Numbered from the stretch's first letter, positions 29,468-38,552 are shown. The stretch: DNA of 64,000 bases from Candidatus Bathyarchaeota archaeon (GCA_005884195.1 VBBP01000055.1:15021-79020), one strand, 5' to 3'. Made by a program: numbers and translations. Notes: generated from the letters alone by a model not told the origin.

Positions 29468-30358
29468 TCAGATTCTCGCCTTTCCGCAACGGCCGCAGAA
29501 CACGCCACCTGGGTCCATGTCTCCCCCGCAGAAGCTACAGGCTGTCTCCAGAGGCACGGGCTCCACTTCGTCTTCTACACGTTCCTTTTCGTATCTCTTT
29601 GCATACCAGATTGCTCCTTCAAGCAGTATGATGATTGGAACAAACAATGCAACGTCTGCCAAGGGTCCGCCGTCGGGGGAAGCTATGGCAGTCAGAACTA
29701 GGAGTGATGCCCAGACGTACTTCCGATTCTTGGTAAGCATCTTCGTCCCGAGAACGTGCAATTTGACGAGTAGAACGAAGAAGACGGGAATTGTGAAGGC
29801 AAAGCCTGAGAGTACGATGACGAAGAAAACGAGGTTGTAGAACTGGTCGGCGAAAATGAAGGTGGATATTCCTACTGCTTGGAAGAAGGGGATAGAGAAG
29901 TAGAATATGAATGGCAAGAGAACGAAAAAGGCAAACGAAGCGCCTCCCATGAACAGGATCGAAAACGCTGCGACGAACGGGTATACCGACTGTTTCTCGT
30001 TGGCCTTGATTGCTGGGTCCACAAATTTGTATATCTCATAAGCGAGCACGGGGATACTTGTAGCGAATCCGAACACTGCGGATCCTACGACGATGAGCTC
30101 TAGGGGTGTGGTGACGGTTCCTCCGATCAATATGTACTGTGACGGCAGCAGTCGCGTCCTTATCGTGCCGAGAATCGCTGTTATTAGTGGATGGTAGACT
30201 TGGAAGGGATTTTGCAAGAACGAAAGGTCAGACGGGACAACAAGATAGAACAGGGTCGCAATGGCGAAGGAATAGATCCAGATTTTTATTCGTCTTGAAA
30301 GCTCTGAAATGTGGTCCCAAAGAGGTAGAACTTTTTCCCGCGATTGTTCTTCTGACAG
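29468..30358 (-). CDS. tatC: twin-arginine translocase subunit TatC with a C-terminal zinc ribbon, likely CTG start
   Basis: TatC helices (TTPLELIVVGSAVFGF ... YKFVDPAIKANEK). The conserved N-terminal region (PLWDHISELSRRI...) is encoded upstream of the track start with no ATG/GTG/TTG. CTG at 30358-30356 gives MSEEQSREKVLPLWDHISELSRRI, which aligns with E. coli [20 protein letters not shown]. C-terminal CxxC...CxxC (CSFCGG...CGRCG). Confidence 0.8.
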   Translation of the reverse strand: MSEEQSREKVLPLWDHISELSRRIKIWIYSFAIATLFYLVVPSDLSFLQNPFQVYHPLITAILGTIRTRLLPSQYILIGGTVTTPLELIVVGSAVFGFATSIPVLAYEIYKFVDPAIKANEKQSVYPFVAAFSILFMGGASFAFFVLLPFIFYFSIPFFQAVGISTFIFADQFYNLVFFVIVLSGFAFTIPVFFVLLVKLHVLGTKMLTKNRKYVWASLLVLTAIASPDGGPLADVALFVPIIILLEGAIWYAKRYEKERVEDEVEPVPLETACSFCGGDMDPGGVFCGRCGKARI

Positions 30359-30474
30359 AGGATTCCACTATCCTTTGCGGGCCGGGCAGATAGTCAATAA
30401 AATCATTGAGCGGGTTCAACTGGCCTAACGACAAGTAGGTACAGGGCTGATCTCGGAGGCTGGAACTTGTCGGA

Positions 30475-30762
30475 CTACTTTGTCTGAGCTGCTCTTACGA
30501 TCTCGTCAGATATCTCTTGACGCGTCTTGCCTTGAGTGTTAATCCCCAATTTGTGCGCTGTATCAGTTAGAGGATCAGACGTGGACAGAGCTGGCTGAGA
30601 GGGTGAGAGTGGGTTTGTTAGTCCTTTTGAGGCGTCGTCGAATTCTTTGCGTGCCCTTCCTATTGATCTCGCTAGTTCCGGTATTTTTTGTGGTCCCCAG
30701 ATCAGTATGACGGCTAGTACGCCCAGTATCAGTAGGATCTGGAACGGGTCTCCTAGAGCCAT
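30475..30762 (-). CDS. tatA: twin-arginine translocase subunit TatA
   Basis: MALGDPFQILLILGVLAVILIWGPQKIPELARSIGRARKEF. The ATG at 30762 is taken over the track's longer TTG form. Confidence 0.8.
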   Translation of the reverse strand: MALGDPFQILLILGVLAVILIWGPQKIPELARSIGRARKEFDDASKGLTNPLSPSQPALSTSDPLTDTAHKLGINTQGKTRQEISDEIVRAAQTK

Positions 30763-30889
30763 ATTATTCTCATTCCAAAGCTCAACGGTTCCGAGCTTTA
30801 ACTGTTTACCGTAATTAATACAGGAACCCGCTGTGCCCAAGGAAACCTTATTCTTCGGCCCAATTTGGGTCCGGCTAGGCGGCTAACAA

Positions 30890-31639
30890 CTGAAAGTAGT
30901 CGTGTGCGTGCGGCGCGTTCCGGACACAGCAACGCGCATCAAGATTGCACTTGATGGGAAATCAATTGTCACAAGCGATGCAGAGTTTGTAATCAATCCT
31001 TACGAAGAGTACGCTCTAGAACAGGGTGTTCAGCTAAAGGAGAAACACGGTGGAGAGGTCACTGTTCTCACCCTCGGACCCGAGAAGTCAACTAGCGTAA
31101 TTCTCAAAGCGCTAGCCCTTGGTGCGGACAAGGCGATTCATCTCAAGAGCGAAAATTTTCCAGATGACTCAAGCGCCGTTGCCCGGGCCATCGCTGCGGA
31201 ATTGAAATCAGTCGAATTCGACGTTCTCTTGTTTGGCAAGAAGGGTGTTGACGACGACAGCCAGCAAGTCGGGCAAATGGTAGCCGAACTTCTCGGGATT
31301 CCCTGCTCCACTCAAATCGTCAAACTCGACATCTCCGGTGGCAAGGCGATCGCTCATCGAGAAGTTGAAGGAGGAGTAATCGTTGTCGAGACTACCCTTC
31401 CGTCCGCATTCACCGCGGAAAAAGACTTGACCGTTCCTCGGTACGCGTCGCTAAGAGAATTAGTCGCTGCAAGGAAGAAACCTATTCTCGTGAAGGAGCC
31501 TCAACTGTTTCCGGGCATTCTGGAAATTGTCTCAATTCAATATCCTCCACCTAGACCTCCAGGCAGGGTACTAGGGAAGGGCGTTGAAGCGGTTCCAATA
31601 CTGGTCAAGGTTCTGCACGAAGAGGCCAAGGTGATCTAG
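30890..31639 (+). CDS. etfB: electron transfer flavoprotein beta subunit (FixA-like), likely CTG start
   Basis: The track starts at GTG 30902 (MCVRRVPDT). The CTG four codons upstream, right after a TAA, gives MKVVVCVRRVPDT, which matches the canonical MKIVVCVKQVPDT. Confidence 0.82.
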   Translation: MKVVVCVRRVPDTATRIKIALDGKSIVTSDAEFVINPYEEYALEQGVQLKEKHGGEVTVLTLGPEKSTSVILKALALGADKAIHLKSENFPDDSSAVARAIAAELKSVEFDVLLFGKKGVDDDSQQVGQMVAELLGIPCSTQIVKLDISGGKAIAHREVEGGVIVVETTLPSAFTAEKDLTVPRYASLRELVAARKKPILVKEPQLFPGILEIVSIQYPPPRPPGRVLGKGVEAVPILVKVLHEEAKVI

Positions 31640-31643
31640 CCAC

Positions 31644-32627
31644 ATGCAAGGCCCGATACTTGTCTTCGCGGAATCCGCAGGGAACGAATTCCGAAAATCC
31701 GCTTTCGAAGCGGTAACGGAGGCCAGGCGACTGGCCGACCTCTCAAAAAGTGAGGTTCACGCATTATCTATTGGTCATAAAATACGGGACCAAGCAAGTT
31801 CTCTGGGTAGGTTCGGCGCGGACAAGGTTTCGATCGCCGACGACGAGTCACTGAAGCTCTACCATCCGGACTTCTACCGACAGATCGCTCTCGACTTGGT
31901 AAAGAAAATTGGTCCCAGCGTCATTCTTCTCCCAGCCACCTCGACCGGCAAGGATCTAGGGCCACGCCTAGCAATTCATCTTAACACGGCCGTCGCGACG
32001 GAGTGCACCGAGCTGGAAATCAGTGAGAATGAGTTAATCGCAACTCGCCCTGCCTATGCGGGCAAAGTGTTGCTGAAAGTCAAAATCAAAGGGAATCCCA
32101 GGGTTGCAACTCTTCGCCCGAATGTATTCACTGCCAAGGAGAGAGTTCCTGCAATCAGTCCGTCGATCGAATCTCTCTCATTCGAGAAGCCAACCACGAA
32201 AATAACGGTGAAAGAGTTCGTCACCCAAGGGGCGAAGAAACAAGATCTCACTGAGGCAGGAGTGATTGTGTCAGGTGGAAGGGGAATGGGGGGACCTGAG
32301 AATTACAAGATTCTGGAGGAGCTTGCCAATGTAATGGGTGGTGTCGTTGGTGCATCGAGAGCATCAGTTGATGCGGGTTGGAGGCCGCACTCCGACCAGG
32401 TGGGACAGACGGGACGAACTGTCTCCCCGACGCTCTACATTGCCTGCGGCATATCTGGAGCCATCCAACACCGAGTCGGCATGATAAACTCGAAGGTAAT
32501 AGTCGCTATCAACAAGGACCCTGAGGCCCCCATTTTCGGGTTCGCGGATTACGGGATCGTGGGGGATGTGTTCGAGGTTGTCCCGGCACTCACTCAAGAG
32601 ATGAGGAAGTATTACGGCAAGAACTAA
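31644..32627 (+). CDS. etfA: electron transfer flavoprotein alpha subunit (FixB-like)
   Basis: FAD-binding C-terminal domain ([11 protein letters not shown]). Confidence 0.85.
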   Translation: MQGPILVFAESAGNEFRKSAFEAVTEARRLADLSKSEVHALSIGHKIRDQASSLGRFGADKVSIADDESLKLYHPDFYRQIALDLVKKIGPSVILLPATSTGKDLGPRLAIHLNTAVATECTELEISENELIATRPAYAGKVLLKVKIKGNPRVATLRPNVFTAKERVPAISPSIESLSFEKPTTKITVKEFVTQGAKKQDLTEAGVIVSGGRGMGGPENYKILEELANVMGGVVGASRASVDAGWRPHSDQVGQTGRTVSPTLYIACGISGAIQHRVGMINSKVIVAINKDPEAPIFGFADYGIVGDVFEVVPALTQEMRKYYGKN

Positions 32628-32637
32628 TCTTAGTTTG

Positions 32638-33006
32638 TTAGGCGTCCTCAAGCTTAGTTTTTAGGAATCTTGCGAGTTCTTGGCTTAGTGGGCTTCTAGA
32701 CACGTCGATTACCGGCATCTCAATGTTTCCGGACTTGACATTGTGGACGAATTCTGCCATGGGCGCGTAACTGATGGACGCTATGTAGAGTTCCCCACGG
32801 GCATATTCCTCTGGCATGTCTGAGGGCGGGATCGGCTGTGATACAAACACCATGCTCTCTGCCCATGTCAGTAAGACGGGTTGTCCCATCTTCATGATGA
32901 AGGACAACGCGTTCACGAGTTGTTGTGGGTTATCGTATTTGACGAGTTCTCGGATGACGATCCGCTTAAGCGGTTCGTGGGCGATCTCGACCATTTGGCT
33001 GCTCAT
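32638..33006 (-). CDS. hypothetical protein (within the fix/etf cluster)
   Basis: ORF only. Confidence 0.35.
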   Translation of the reverse strand: MSSQMVEIAHEPLKRIVIRELVKYDNPQQLVNALSFIMKMGQPVLLTWAESMVFVSQPIPPSDMPEEYARGELYIASISYAPMAEFVHNVKSGNIEMPVIDVSRSPLSQELARFLKTKLEDA

Positions 33007-33061
33007 TCCCGGTTTCCTACAGGCGAAGACGATAAGTTGCTGGTTAAGAGGGTTTCCAGGC

Positions 33062-33358
33062 TCAGCCTAGCTTGAAGCTTACTCCCTTTCCGCCGGAGGG
33101 GTACTTCCAGCTTATAGCCTTGGCTCCAATCTTGTGACAAACGATCAGGCAAGCGCCTGTTTCCATGCAGCCCTCAGTATTGTAATTCAGCTGGTCTTGC
33201 CATGAGTATACCTGAGCCGGACAAATGTAGAGGCATGGTTTCTTTTCGCATTTCTGACAGAGCTTCGTATCTACTTCTATAAACGGCTCGGGGTCCTTGT
33301 TGAAGCTAACAAGCGCTAATCGTTTGTCGAGACTCATTTCCTCTTGTTTCTCAGACAT
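33062..33358 (-). CDS. fixX: ferredoxin-like protein FixX
   Basis: Cys pattern CQKCEKKPCLYICPAQ ... CMETGACLIVC. Lies adjacent to fixC. Confidence 0.72.
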   Translation of the reverse strand: MSEKQEEMSLDKRLALVSFNKDPEPFIEVDTKLCQKCEKKPCLYICPAQVYSWQDQLNYNTEGCMETGACLIVCHKIGAKAISWKYPSGGKGVSFKLG

Positions 33359-33360
33359 TT

Positions 33361-34641
33361 CTAGAATGTCCTCGCTCCGGCAAGAAGGTCGCGTATCAAA
33401 CTCATGGTTGAGACCTTACCTTTTGTCTGTGCCCTAAGCTCCTTGTAGATTTTTCGCTTTCCGTTTCCATCAACGTGATAGACTGCTTCAGCAGCGTTGC
33501 AAACCAAATCTGGGTAGACATTGTAGAGCCTGTTGTTGCGTAGGTATCTTGGGACCTTGCTGAAAGTGTACATGTCTTTGAGGGCTGGCTCCTCTCTCAG
33601 CTTTCGCTCGTAGGTTTGGAGTGATTGAGCTGAGTAGTCCTTCCTTTTGCGGGCCTCGAGAATTGTGTGGGCTGCAGCAATGCCGGAGACAATTGCCATA
33701 TCCACGCCTCTGAAGGTGTAACCATTATTGAGTAGGTGTCCAGCCGCGTCTCCTGCTACCAGCATGCCTCCAGTGTAGGGTCTTGTCAACATCTTAGGCC
33801 CTGCTTCCGGGATCATATGAGCATCGTACTCGATCGTTTTCCCGTCTCTTATCAGACGTTGAACTCTGCGGTGGTTTCTCAATCGATCCATGAATGTGTG
33901 GGATGGGACTGCTTTCGTTGACGTATCATCAGCCCCGACAACCATTCCTAGAGCCAAGCTGTCTTTGTTCGTGTAGAGGAAGCCTCCACCGCGAAGTCCG
34001 CCGGAGCAGTCACCAACGAAGACATGGGCAGCACCTTCTCCGGGCTCAAGCCCAAAGCGCTCCTCAATTCTTTCGGCTGAAAGTTCAACAACATCTTTCA
34101 TTCCCATCGATACTTCTTCAGGCTCTAGCATGGTCGCGAGTCCGGCCCTTCGGGCGAGGCTCGTAGTGGTTCCGTCGCAGGCGATCACAGCGTCGGTTGG
34201 AATCTTGTCCTGACCCGCGATTATTCCCTTTACGCGTCCACCCTCGATTACTAAGTCGTCTACTCTTGAATCGGTAATCAGTGAAGCTCCTGCTTTCTCT
34301 GCCTGCTCGGCCAGCCACTTGTCAAACTTGGCTCGGATAGAAGTGAAGCTTCCCGTCGGATCCTTCGATTCGTATTCGATGCTAAACGAGCTGTCCGCCG
34401 TCATGAAGGTGATTCCCTCTTTTCTTACGAATCGTTCTACTGGTGCGTCTTTCCATCGGTCTCCAAGGAGGCGTTTGAGGGCGTAACTGTAGATTCGTCC
34501 ACCAAAGACGTTCTTTGAACCGGGAAACGTTCCACGTTCGACCAGCAGGACTTGGACCCCTTCTCGAGCGAGCGTGAGGGCGGCTGCGCTTCCAGCGGGG
34601 CCTGCTCCGACGACTGCGACTTCGAATCCTTCTAGTGACAA
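33361..34641 (-). CDS. fixC: FAD-dependent oxidoreductase FixC (ETF-quinone oxidoreductase-like)
   Basis: VAVVGAGPAGSAAA FAD motif. Geranylgeranyl-reductase/FixC family. Confidence 0.8.
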   Translation of the reverse strand: MSLEGFEVAVVGAGPAGSAAALTLAREGVQVLLVERGTFPGSKNVFGGRIYSYALKRLLGDRWKDAPVERFVRKEGITFMTADSSFSIEYESKDPTGSFTSIRAKFDKWLAEQAEKAGASLITDSRVDDLVIEGGRVKGIIAGQDKIPTDAVIACDGTTTSLARRAGLATMLEPEEVSMGMKDVVELSAERIEERFGLEPGEGAAHVFVGDCSGGLRGGGFLYTNKDSLALGMVVGADDTSTKAVPSHTFMDRLRNHRRVQRLIRDGKTIEYDAHMIPEAGPKMLTRPYTGGMLVAGDAAGHLLNNGYTFRGVDMAIVSGIAAAHTILEARKRKDYSAQSLQTYERKLREEPALKDMYTFSKVPRYLRNNRLYNVYPDLVCNAAEAVYHVDGNGKRKIYKELRAQTKGKVSTMSLIRDLLAGARTF

Positions 34642-34780
34642 CTCTGTCTCTATTTGGGGCTGGTCGTGGGGTTTATCGGGTTTAGCATGGCGCCATGGCC
34701 ATGGTTAGCGTTGGTTGTTGTTTGGCGCAGCTTCGGTCATCTCTAACGATTATGTTCGTGGGACGACTGATTACGTGTAA

Positions 34781-35100
34781 GGCGGTTCGTCATATGAGCT
34801 TCTCGAGCTGGGATGACGGGAGCGACTCCGACCGCCTGAGAGGCGTGTACCGGGGTTAGATGGTTGGTTGGCCACTGTAAAATCCTTGCCTGGCAATGGG
34901 CCAAGCTACCATGCTACGGGCGTGAGGGGGCGGTTGAGGTTCGACCGTTCCCTGCCGAACGGAGGTCACGGGCCTCTGAGGCGCAAGGGCTCTCAGGTGA
35001 AGCAGTGAAGGAGAACCCGAGGACGACGGCAATCCTCAGAGTCGATGAGAGCAAGTCTGGTCTTCAAAACAAACCGAAGACTCGACAGAACCTCGGGTTT
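34781..35100. repeat. non-coding ~315-nt element, copy 1 of 2 (candidate structured RNA)
   Basis: About 80% identical to 37934..38246, including a shared core of roughly 150 nt with only 3 substitutions. Substitutions in the overlapping +ORFs are almost all nonsynonymous, so it is not protein-coding. Confidence 0.5.
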
Positions 35101-35147
35101 AGCTCTGGGTCCATCTCCGGCCGCTCGAAAGTCAGCTTTTCGTGCTG

Positions 35148-35642
35148 TCATTTCCCTTTTGATTTCTCGGTCTCCCATCGTTGTTTCAATATCTGCTCGA
35201 TCAAGTCGACAGCTCTTTTGACCTGCCTCTGCATTGCCATCGGGTCATAACCAGCCGGTGGCTTGCTGTCCAAGTATCGTCTGTACATGTCGAAATCTAG
35301 GAATTTCTTGCTTGTTTCGAAAATTGCCATGAGTGCTGAAGACTCCATTTTGTCCAAGTCGTCTCGTCTGCAATGATAGAACCCTTTGTCCCTCACGAAG
35401 GTTATCTTTTCATTGCCGACAGAGTCGTTGTAGACATCTTCCCAGAGGTTTCTATCGACTTCGTTCTCGACTGAGTCGCCAGAGGCTAGCCTTGATTCGA
35501 ATTGTTGACGAAGTCGCTTGGCTTCTTGTTCCGAAACGTCAAGCGCTTTTGATACTTGTTCGATAGTTAGGCCCTTCTTGAGCAGATAGTAACACGCTTC
35601 TTGCAGATACTGAGAAGCGTCGTCTTCTCTCTGAGTACTCAA
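35148..35642 (-). CDS. hypothetical protein (possible HTH)
   Basis: ORF only. LTIEQVSKALDVSEQEAKRL is HTH-like. Confidence 0.35.
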   Translation of the reverse strand: MSTQREDDASQYLQEACYYLLKKGLTIEQVSKALDVSEQEAKRLRQQFESRLASGDSVENEVDRNLWEDVYNDSVGNEKITFVRDKGFYHCRRDDLDKMESSALMAIFETSKKFLDFDMYRRYLDSKPPAGYDPMAMQRQVKRAVDLIEQILKQRWETEKSKGK

Positions 35643-35673
35643 GTGAACTGTCTCCTAGCTGACTTGGAATTGT

Positions 35674-36069
35674 TCAAGGGCGCGCCTGGCTGGCTATGAT
35701 CCTCTGGAGAGACTCATGCACGATTTTGGCTTGGACTTCTAGTCCGAGATCAACAGAGGGGATGCCCATCACTCTACATCTGCTGAGAAGCTTCTTGTCA
35801 AGGCTTACTACGATGTATTTGTTATCCTTCGCGAGACTGACGACTTCATCGTCAGTGACTCCGGGTGTTACCTTCGTTGTCACCCAACCTAGATCTCTCA
35901 GATATTCATCCAGGCCGAACAACTGTTCGTCAAGGAGAATTGTAGGTCGATGCATTTCTCGCGCGCGCTTCGTTTGCTCAGAGTTCGATGAACGCTTCCT
36001 TAGAAGCTTTCGCGGTCGGTGGCTTTGGGAAAAGATAGAGACTGTTATTTCTTGAAGTATCTGCGGCAT
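35674..36069 (-). CDS. PIN-like domain protein (DUF5615 / Mut7-C-like), probable toxin-type RNase
   Basis: ILLDEQLFG ... LRDLGWVTTKV ... DDEVVSLAKDNKYIVVSLDKKL pattern. Real start probably the internal ATG giving MHRPT. Confidence 0.5.
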   Translation of the reverse strand: MPQILQEITVSIFSQSHRPRKLLRKRSSNSEQTKRAREMHRPTILLDEQLFGLDEYLRDLGWVTTKVTPGVTDDEVVSLAKDNKYIVVSLDKKLLSRCRVMGIPSVDLGLEVQAKIVHESLQRIIASQARP

Positions 36070-36419
36070 TTCCTACATTGGAAACGGTTTTCCGAGATAT
36101 TCTTTAGCCGTACGCTACAGAACGGACACGAATCTGGGATAGCTAATTTCTCTTCCGATCCAGCAAACGCTTCTGTCTTGAGACTCGGCGATGTGTGCCC
36201 CACTGTTGTACGGTGTCTTCTTGAGTAAGCGGTGAAGGAGCCTCCTGCAATGACAGCAGATGCAAGTAGTCCAACCGGTAGGGCGAAGCTCACTGTCGAG
36301 AATGTGCTGGCGAGGTAATCTTGCATGAACCGGTTGTGAACGTATTCATTATAGAGCCACATGGCTAAGAAAATATTCAGAGCCGACTGAACTCCTATCA
36401 CCAATGCTTTTCTGGACAC
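36045..36419 (-). CDS. small membrane protein with a C-terminal zinc ribbon
   Basis: Two TM helices, then CPFC ... CRKC. Confidence 0.4.
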   Translation of the reverse strand: MSRKALVIGVQSALNIFLAMWLYNEYVHNRFMQDYLASTFSTVSFALPVGLLASAVIAGGSFTAYSRRHRTTVGHTSPSLKTEAFAGSEEKLAIPDSCPFCSVRLKNISENRFQCRKCRRYFKK

Positions 36420-36567
36420 TTGGATCGTGCTTGATCAACTCCTGAAGAAACGATGCTCTGTCGCGGTTCTAAGAGTAGGATCGGCGTGTCTCGGAAATAA
36501 GTCTGCCCAAAAGTGGGGTGTCCATATGGGACTAGCGTTGTGCCTGCTGCAGTCTCTCAGTGTGGGG

Positions 36568-37752
36568 CTAGTGGTATGCTTCGAAGTCTTGTCCGAGAAG
36601 GTTTACGGCGATCTTCTGGATCATGATCTCGTCTGTTCCTTCGTAGATTCGGCAGACTCTAGTGTCAACGAGGTGTCTGGGTGCTCGTGTTTCGAAGCTG
36701 TATCCACTTGAGCCGAATATCTGAACGGTTCGGTCCGCGGCGTCGAATGATGCGTTTGAGGCGAAGTATTTTGCCTGGGCAATGGTGATGTCGGCGTGTT
36801 CGCGAAGTTCTTTGTTTTCCGGTTGTTCGTCGCTATGTTGTTTGAGCAGTGCTGCCTTGTAAACGAGGTTCTTAGCCGCTTCCAGATTCGTTGACATGAT
36901 TCCAATGTGTCGTTGAACGAGCTGGTGTTTTCCGATTGGTTTGCCGTGTTGTATTCGTTGCTTCGAGTAGCTGATGGCTTCCGTAATGCAGTCATCAATT
37001 ACTCCCAAGCACCCTGCGGCGACGCTGAGTCTGCCACTCATTAGCCCAGAGTAGGCGACGCCGAGACCCTTTCCAAGAGGGCCAAGTAGATTCTCTTTAG
37101 GGACCCTGCAGTTATCTAGGAAGATCGAGCCGGTGTCTGATGTTGGCATTCCTAGCTTGTGTTTCTGTTGTTGTGATGAGTAGCCTTCGAATCCTTTCTC
37201 AACTATGAACGCGCACATTCCATCGTGCTTGCCCTTCGGGTATGCGAATATTACCGACGTGTCGGAAATGCTGCCGTTAGAAATCCAGGCTTTGCTTCCG
37301 TTCACGAGGTAGTGAGTTCCCTTATCTTCGAAGGAGGTTCGGAGCGAGGTGGGATCGCTCCCCGCGGTGGGCTCGGTCAGCCCAAAACACATTATCTTTT
37401 CCCCTCTGGTCGCTTGCGGAAGATAGCGCTGTTTCTGTTCCTCATTCCCCCACTTTTGCACCGTCAACTGGCCTAGAGAGACGTGCCCGGAGAGAAACGT
37501 TCGGACCCCAGTTCCTTCTCGGCCGATCCTCTCCAAAGCCAGGGCATAGGTGAGAATGTCAGCACCTTGCCCCTCACCGTAGCGTCTCGATATGGGAAGC
37601 CCTAGCAGCTGAGCCTTCTTGAAAATGGGGATAAGATGATCGTTGAACTTTCCCGCCAGGTAGGCCTGGTCCTCTAACGGGCGGAGTTCCCGGCAAGCCC
37701 GGTCAACCTCATCTAGGACAAGCTTCTGCTCGTCGGAAACGTCGAAATTCAT
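36568..37752 (-). CDS. acyl-CoA dehydrogenase
   Basis: ACAD family (GLTEPTAGSD ... YEGT). Start taken at the ATG giving MNFDVSDEQ. Confidence 0.85.
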   Translation of the reverse strand: MNFDVSDEQKLVLDEVDRACRELRPLEDQAYLAGKFNDHLIPIFKKAQLLGLPISRRYGEGQGADILTYALALERIGREGTGVRTFLSGHVSLGQLTVQKWGNEEQKQRYLPQATRGEKIMCFGLTEPTAGSDPTSLRTSFEDKGTHYLVNGSKAWISNGSISDTSVIFAYPKGKHDGMCAFIVEKGFEGYSSQQQKHKLGMPTSDTGSIFLDNCRVPKENLLGPLGKGLGVAYSGLMSGRLSVAAGCLGVIDDCITEAISYSKQRIQHGKPIGKHQLVQRHIGIMSTNLEAAKNLVYKAALLKQHSDEQPENKELREHADITIAQAKYFASNASFDAADRTVQIFGSSGYSFETRAPRHLVDTRVCRIYEGTDEIMIQKIAVNLLGQDFEAYH

Positions 37753-37933
37753 CTTAGAGAGATCTTCGCTACCCGAGTCTACAACTGTCTTCAATCGAAA
37801 CAATCTCTCGTTACCCCGGTCCTTAATGTGAGTTTTGTCTAAAAGAGGATCACTGTAAAATCTTCGGTTGACTCGTACCGATAGTTTTTGGAATCTCTAG
37901 TGAATATTAGTTAGGGACATAGTATGATTGCCA

Positions 37934-38246
37934 GGGCGGTCGTCGTACGAGCCTGTCACGCTGGGATGAGGGGAGTGACTCCGACCATGTGACGGGTATG
38001 AACTGGGATAGCCGGTTGGTTGGCCACTGTAAAATCCTTGCCTGGCAATGGGCCAAGCTACCATGCTACGGGCGTGAGGGGGCGGTTGAGGTTCGACCGT
38101 TCCCTGCCGAACGGAGGTCACGGGCCTCTGAGGCGCAAGGGCTCTCAGATGAAGCAATGAAGGGGAACCCGCCGACGACGGTAATCCCCGGAGTCGATGA
38201 GAGCAAGCCGAGTGCAAAAACAGACCGAACACTAGGTAGAACCTCA
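37934..38246. repeat. non-coding ~315-nt element, copy 2 of 2
   Basis: See copy 1. Its 3' end overlaps the start region of a small AbrB-like ORF. Confidence 0.5.
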
Positions 38247-38293
38247 AAACGTTATATCACCGGCCGAATGTTTTCGTCTGCGCGGCGGTCGCT

Positions 38294-38458
38294 TTGCCAA
38301 TTCAGGTGGATGAGGAGGACATTCCTTTCTTTGCGGAGGTCATAGCTGGGGGAAGGATAACGATACCTGAAGAGATTCGGAAAATCTTCGGAGTGAAAGA
38401 TGGTGACCATGTCATGTGTAGGGTGCGGCTCGTAAAGCGGGCCGAGGACGTCAAGTAA
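38294..38458 (+). CDS. small AbrB/MazE-family (SpoVT/AbrB-domain) protein, 54 aa, missed by the ORF track
   Basis: Hand translation gives GGRITIPEEIRKIFGVKDGDHVMCRVRLV, a swapped-hairpin antitoxin-like motif. TTG start; below the 60-aa track cutoff. Confidence 0.4.
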   Translation: MPIQVDEEDIPFFAEVIAGGRITIPEEIRKIFGVKDGDHVMCRVRLVKRAEDVK

Positions 38459-38552
38459 CGCATTACCTTAGCCCGCGTGGGCCCCTGTGTGGATGCCTAT
38501 TTCTGACAATCTTAAATAACATCGGTAGGCTCCGCTCCTCTTAGAGCTCTAG

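Noticed and set aside
34864-35250. Track ORFs 34864..35250 and 37989..38345 as a duplicated protein-coding gene
   Set aside because: They share a frame only across the repeat core. Differences between the copies are almost exclusively nonsynonymous and not 3-periodic, the downstream parts are unrelated, and the composition is odd. They are more likely chance ORFs over a conserved non-coding element.
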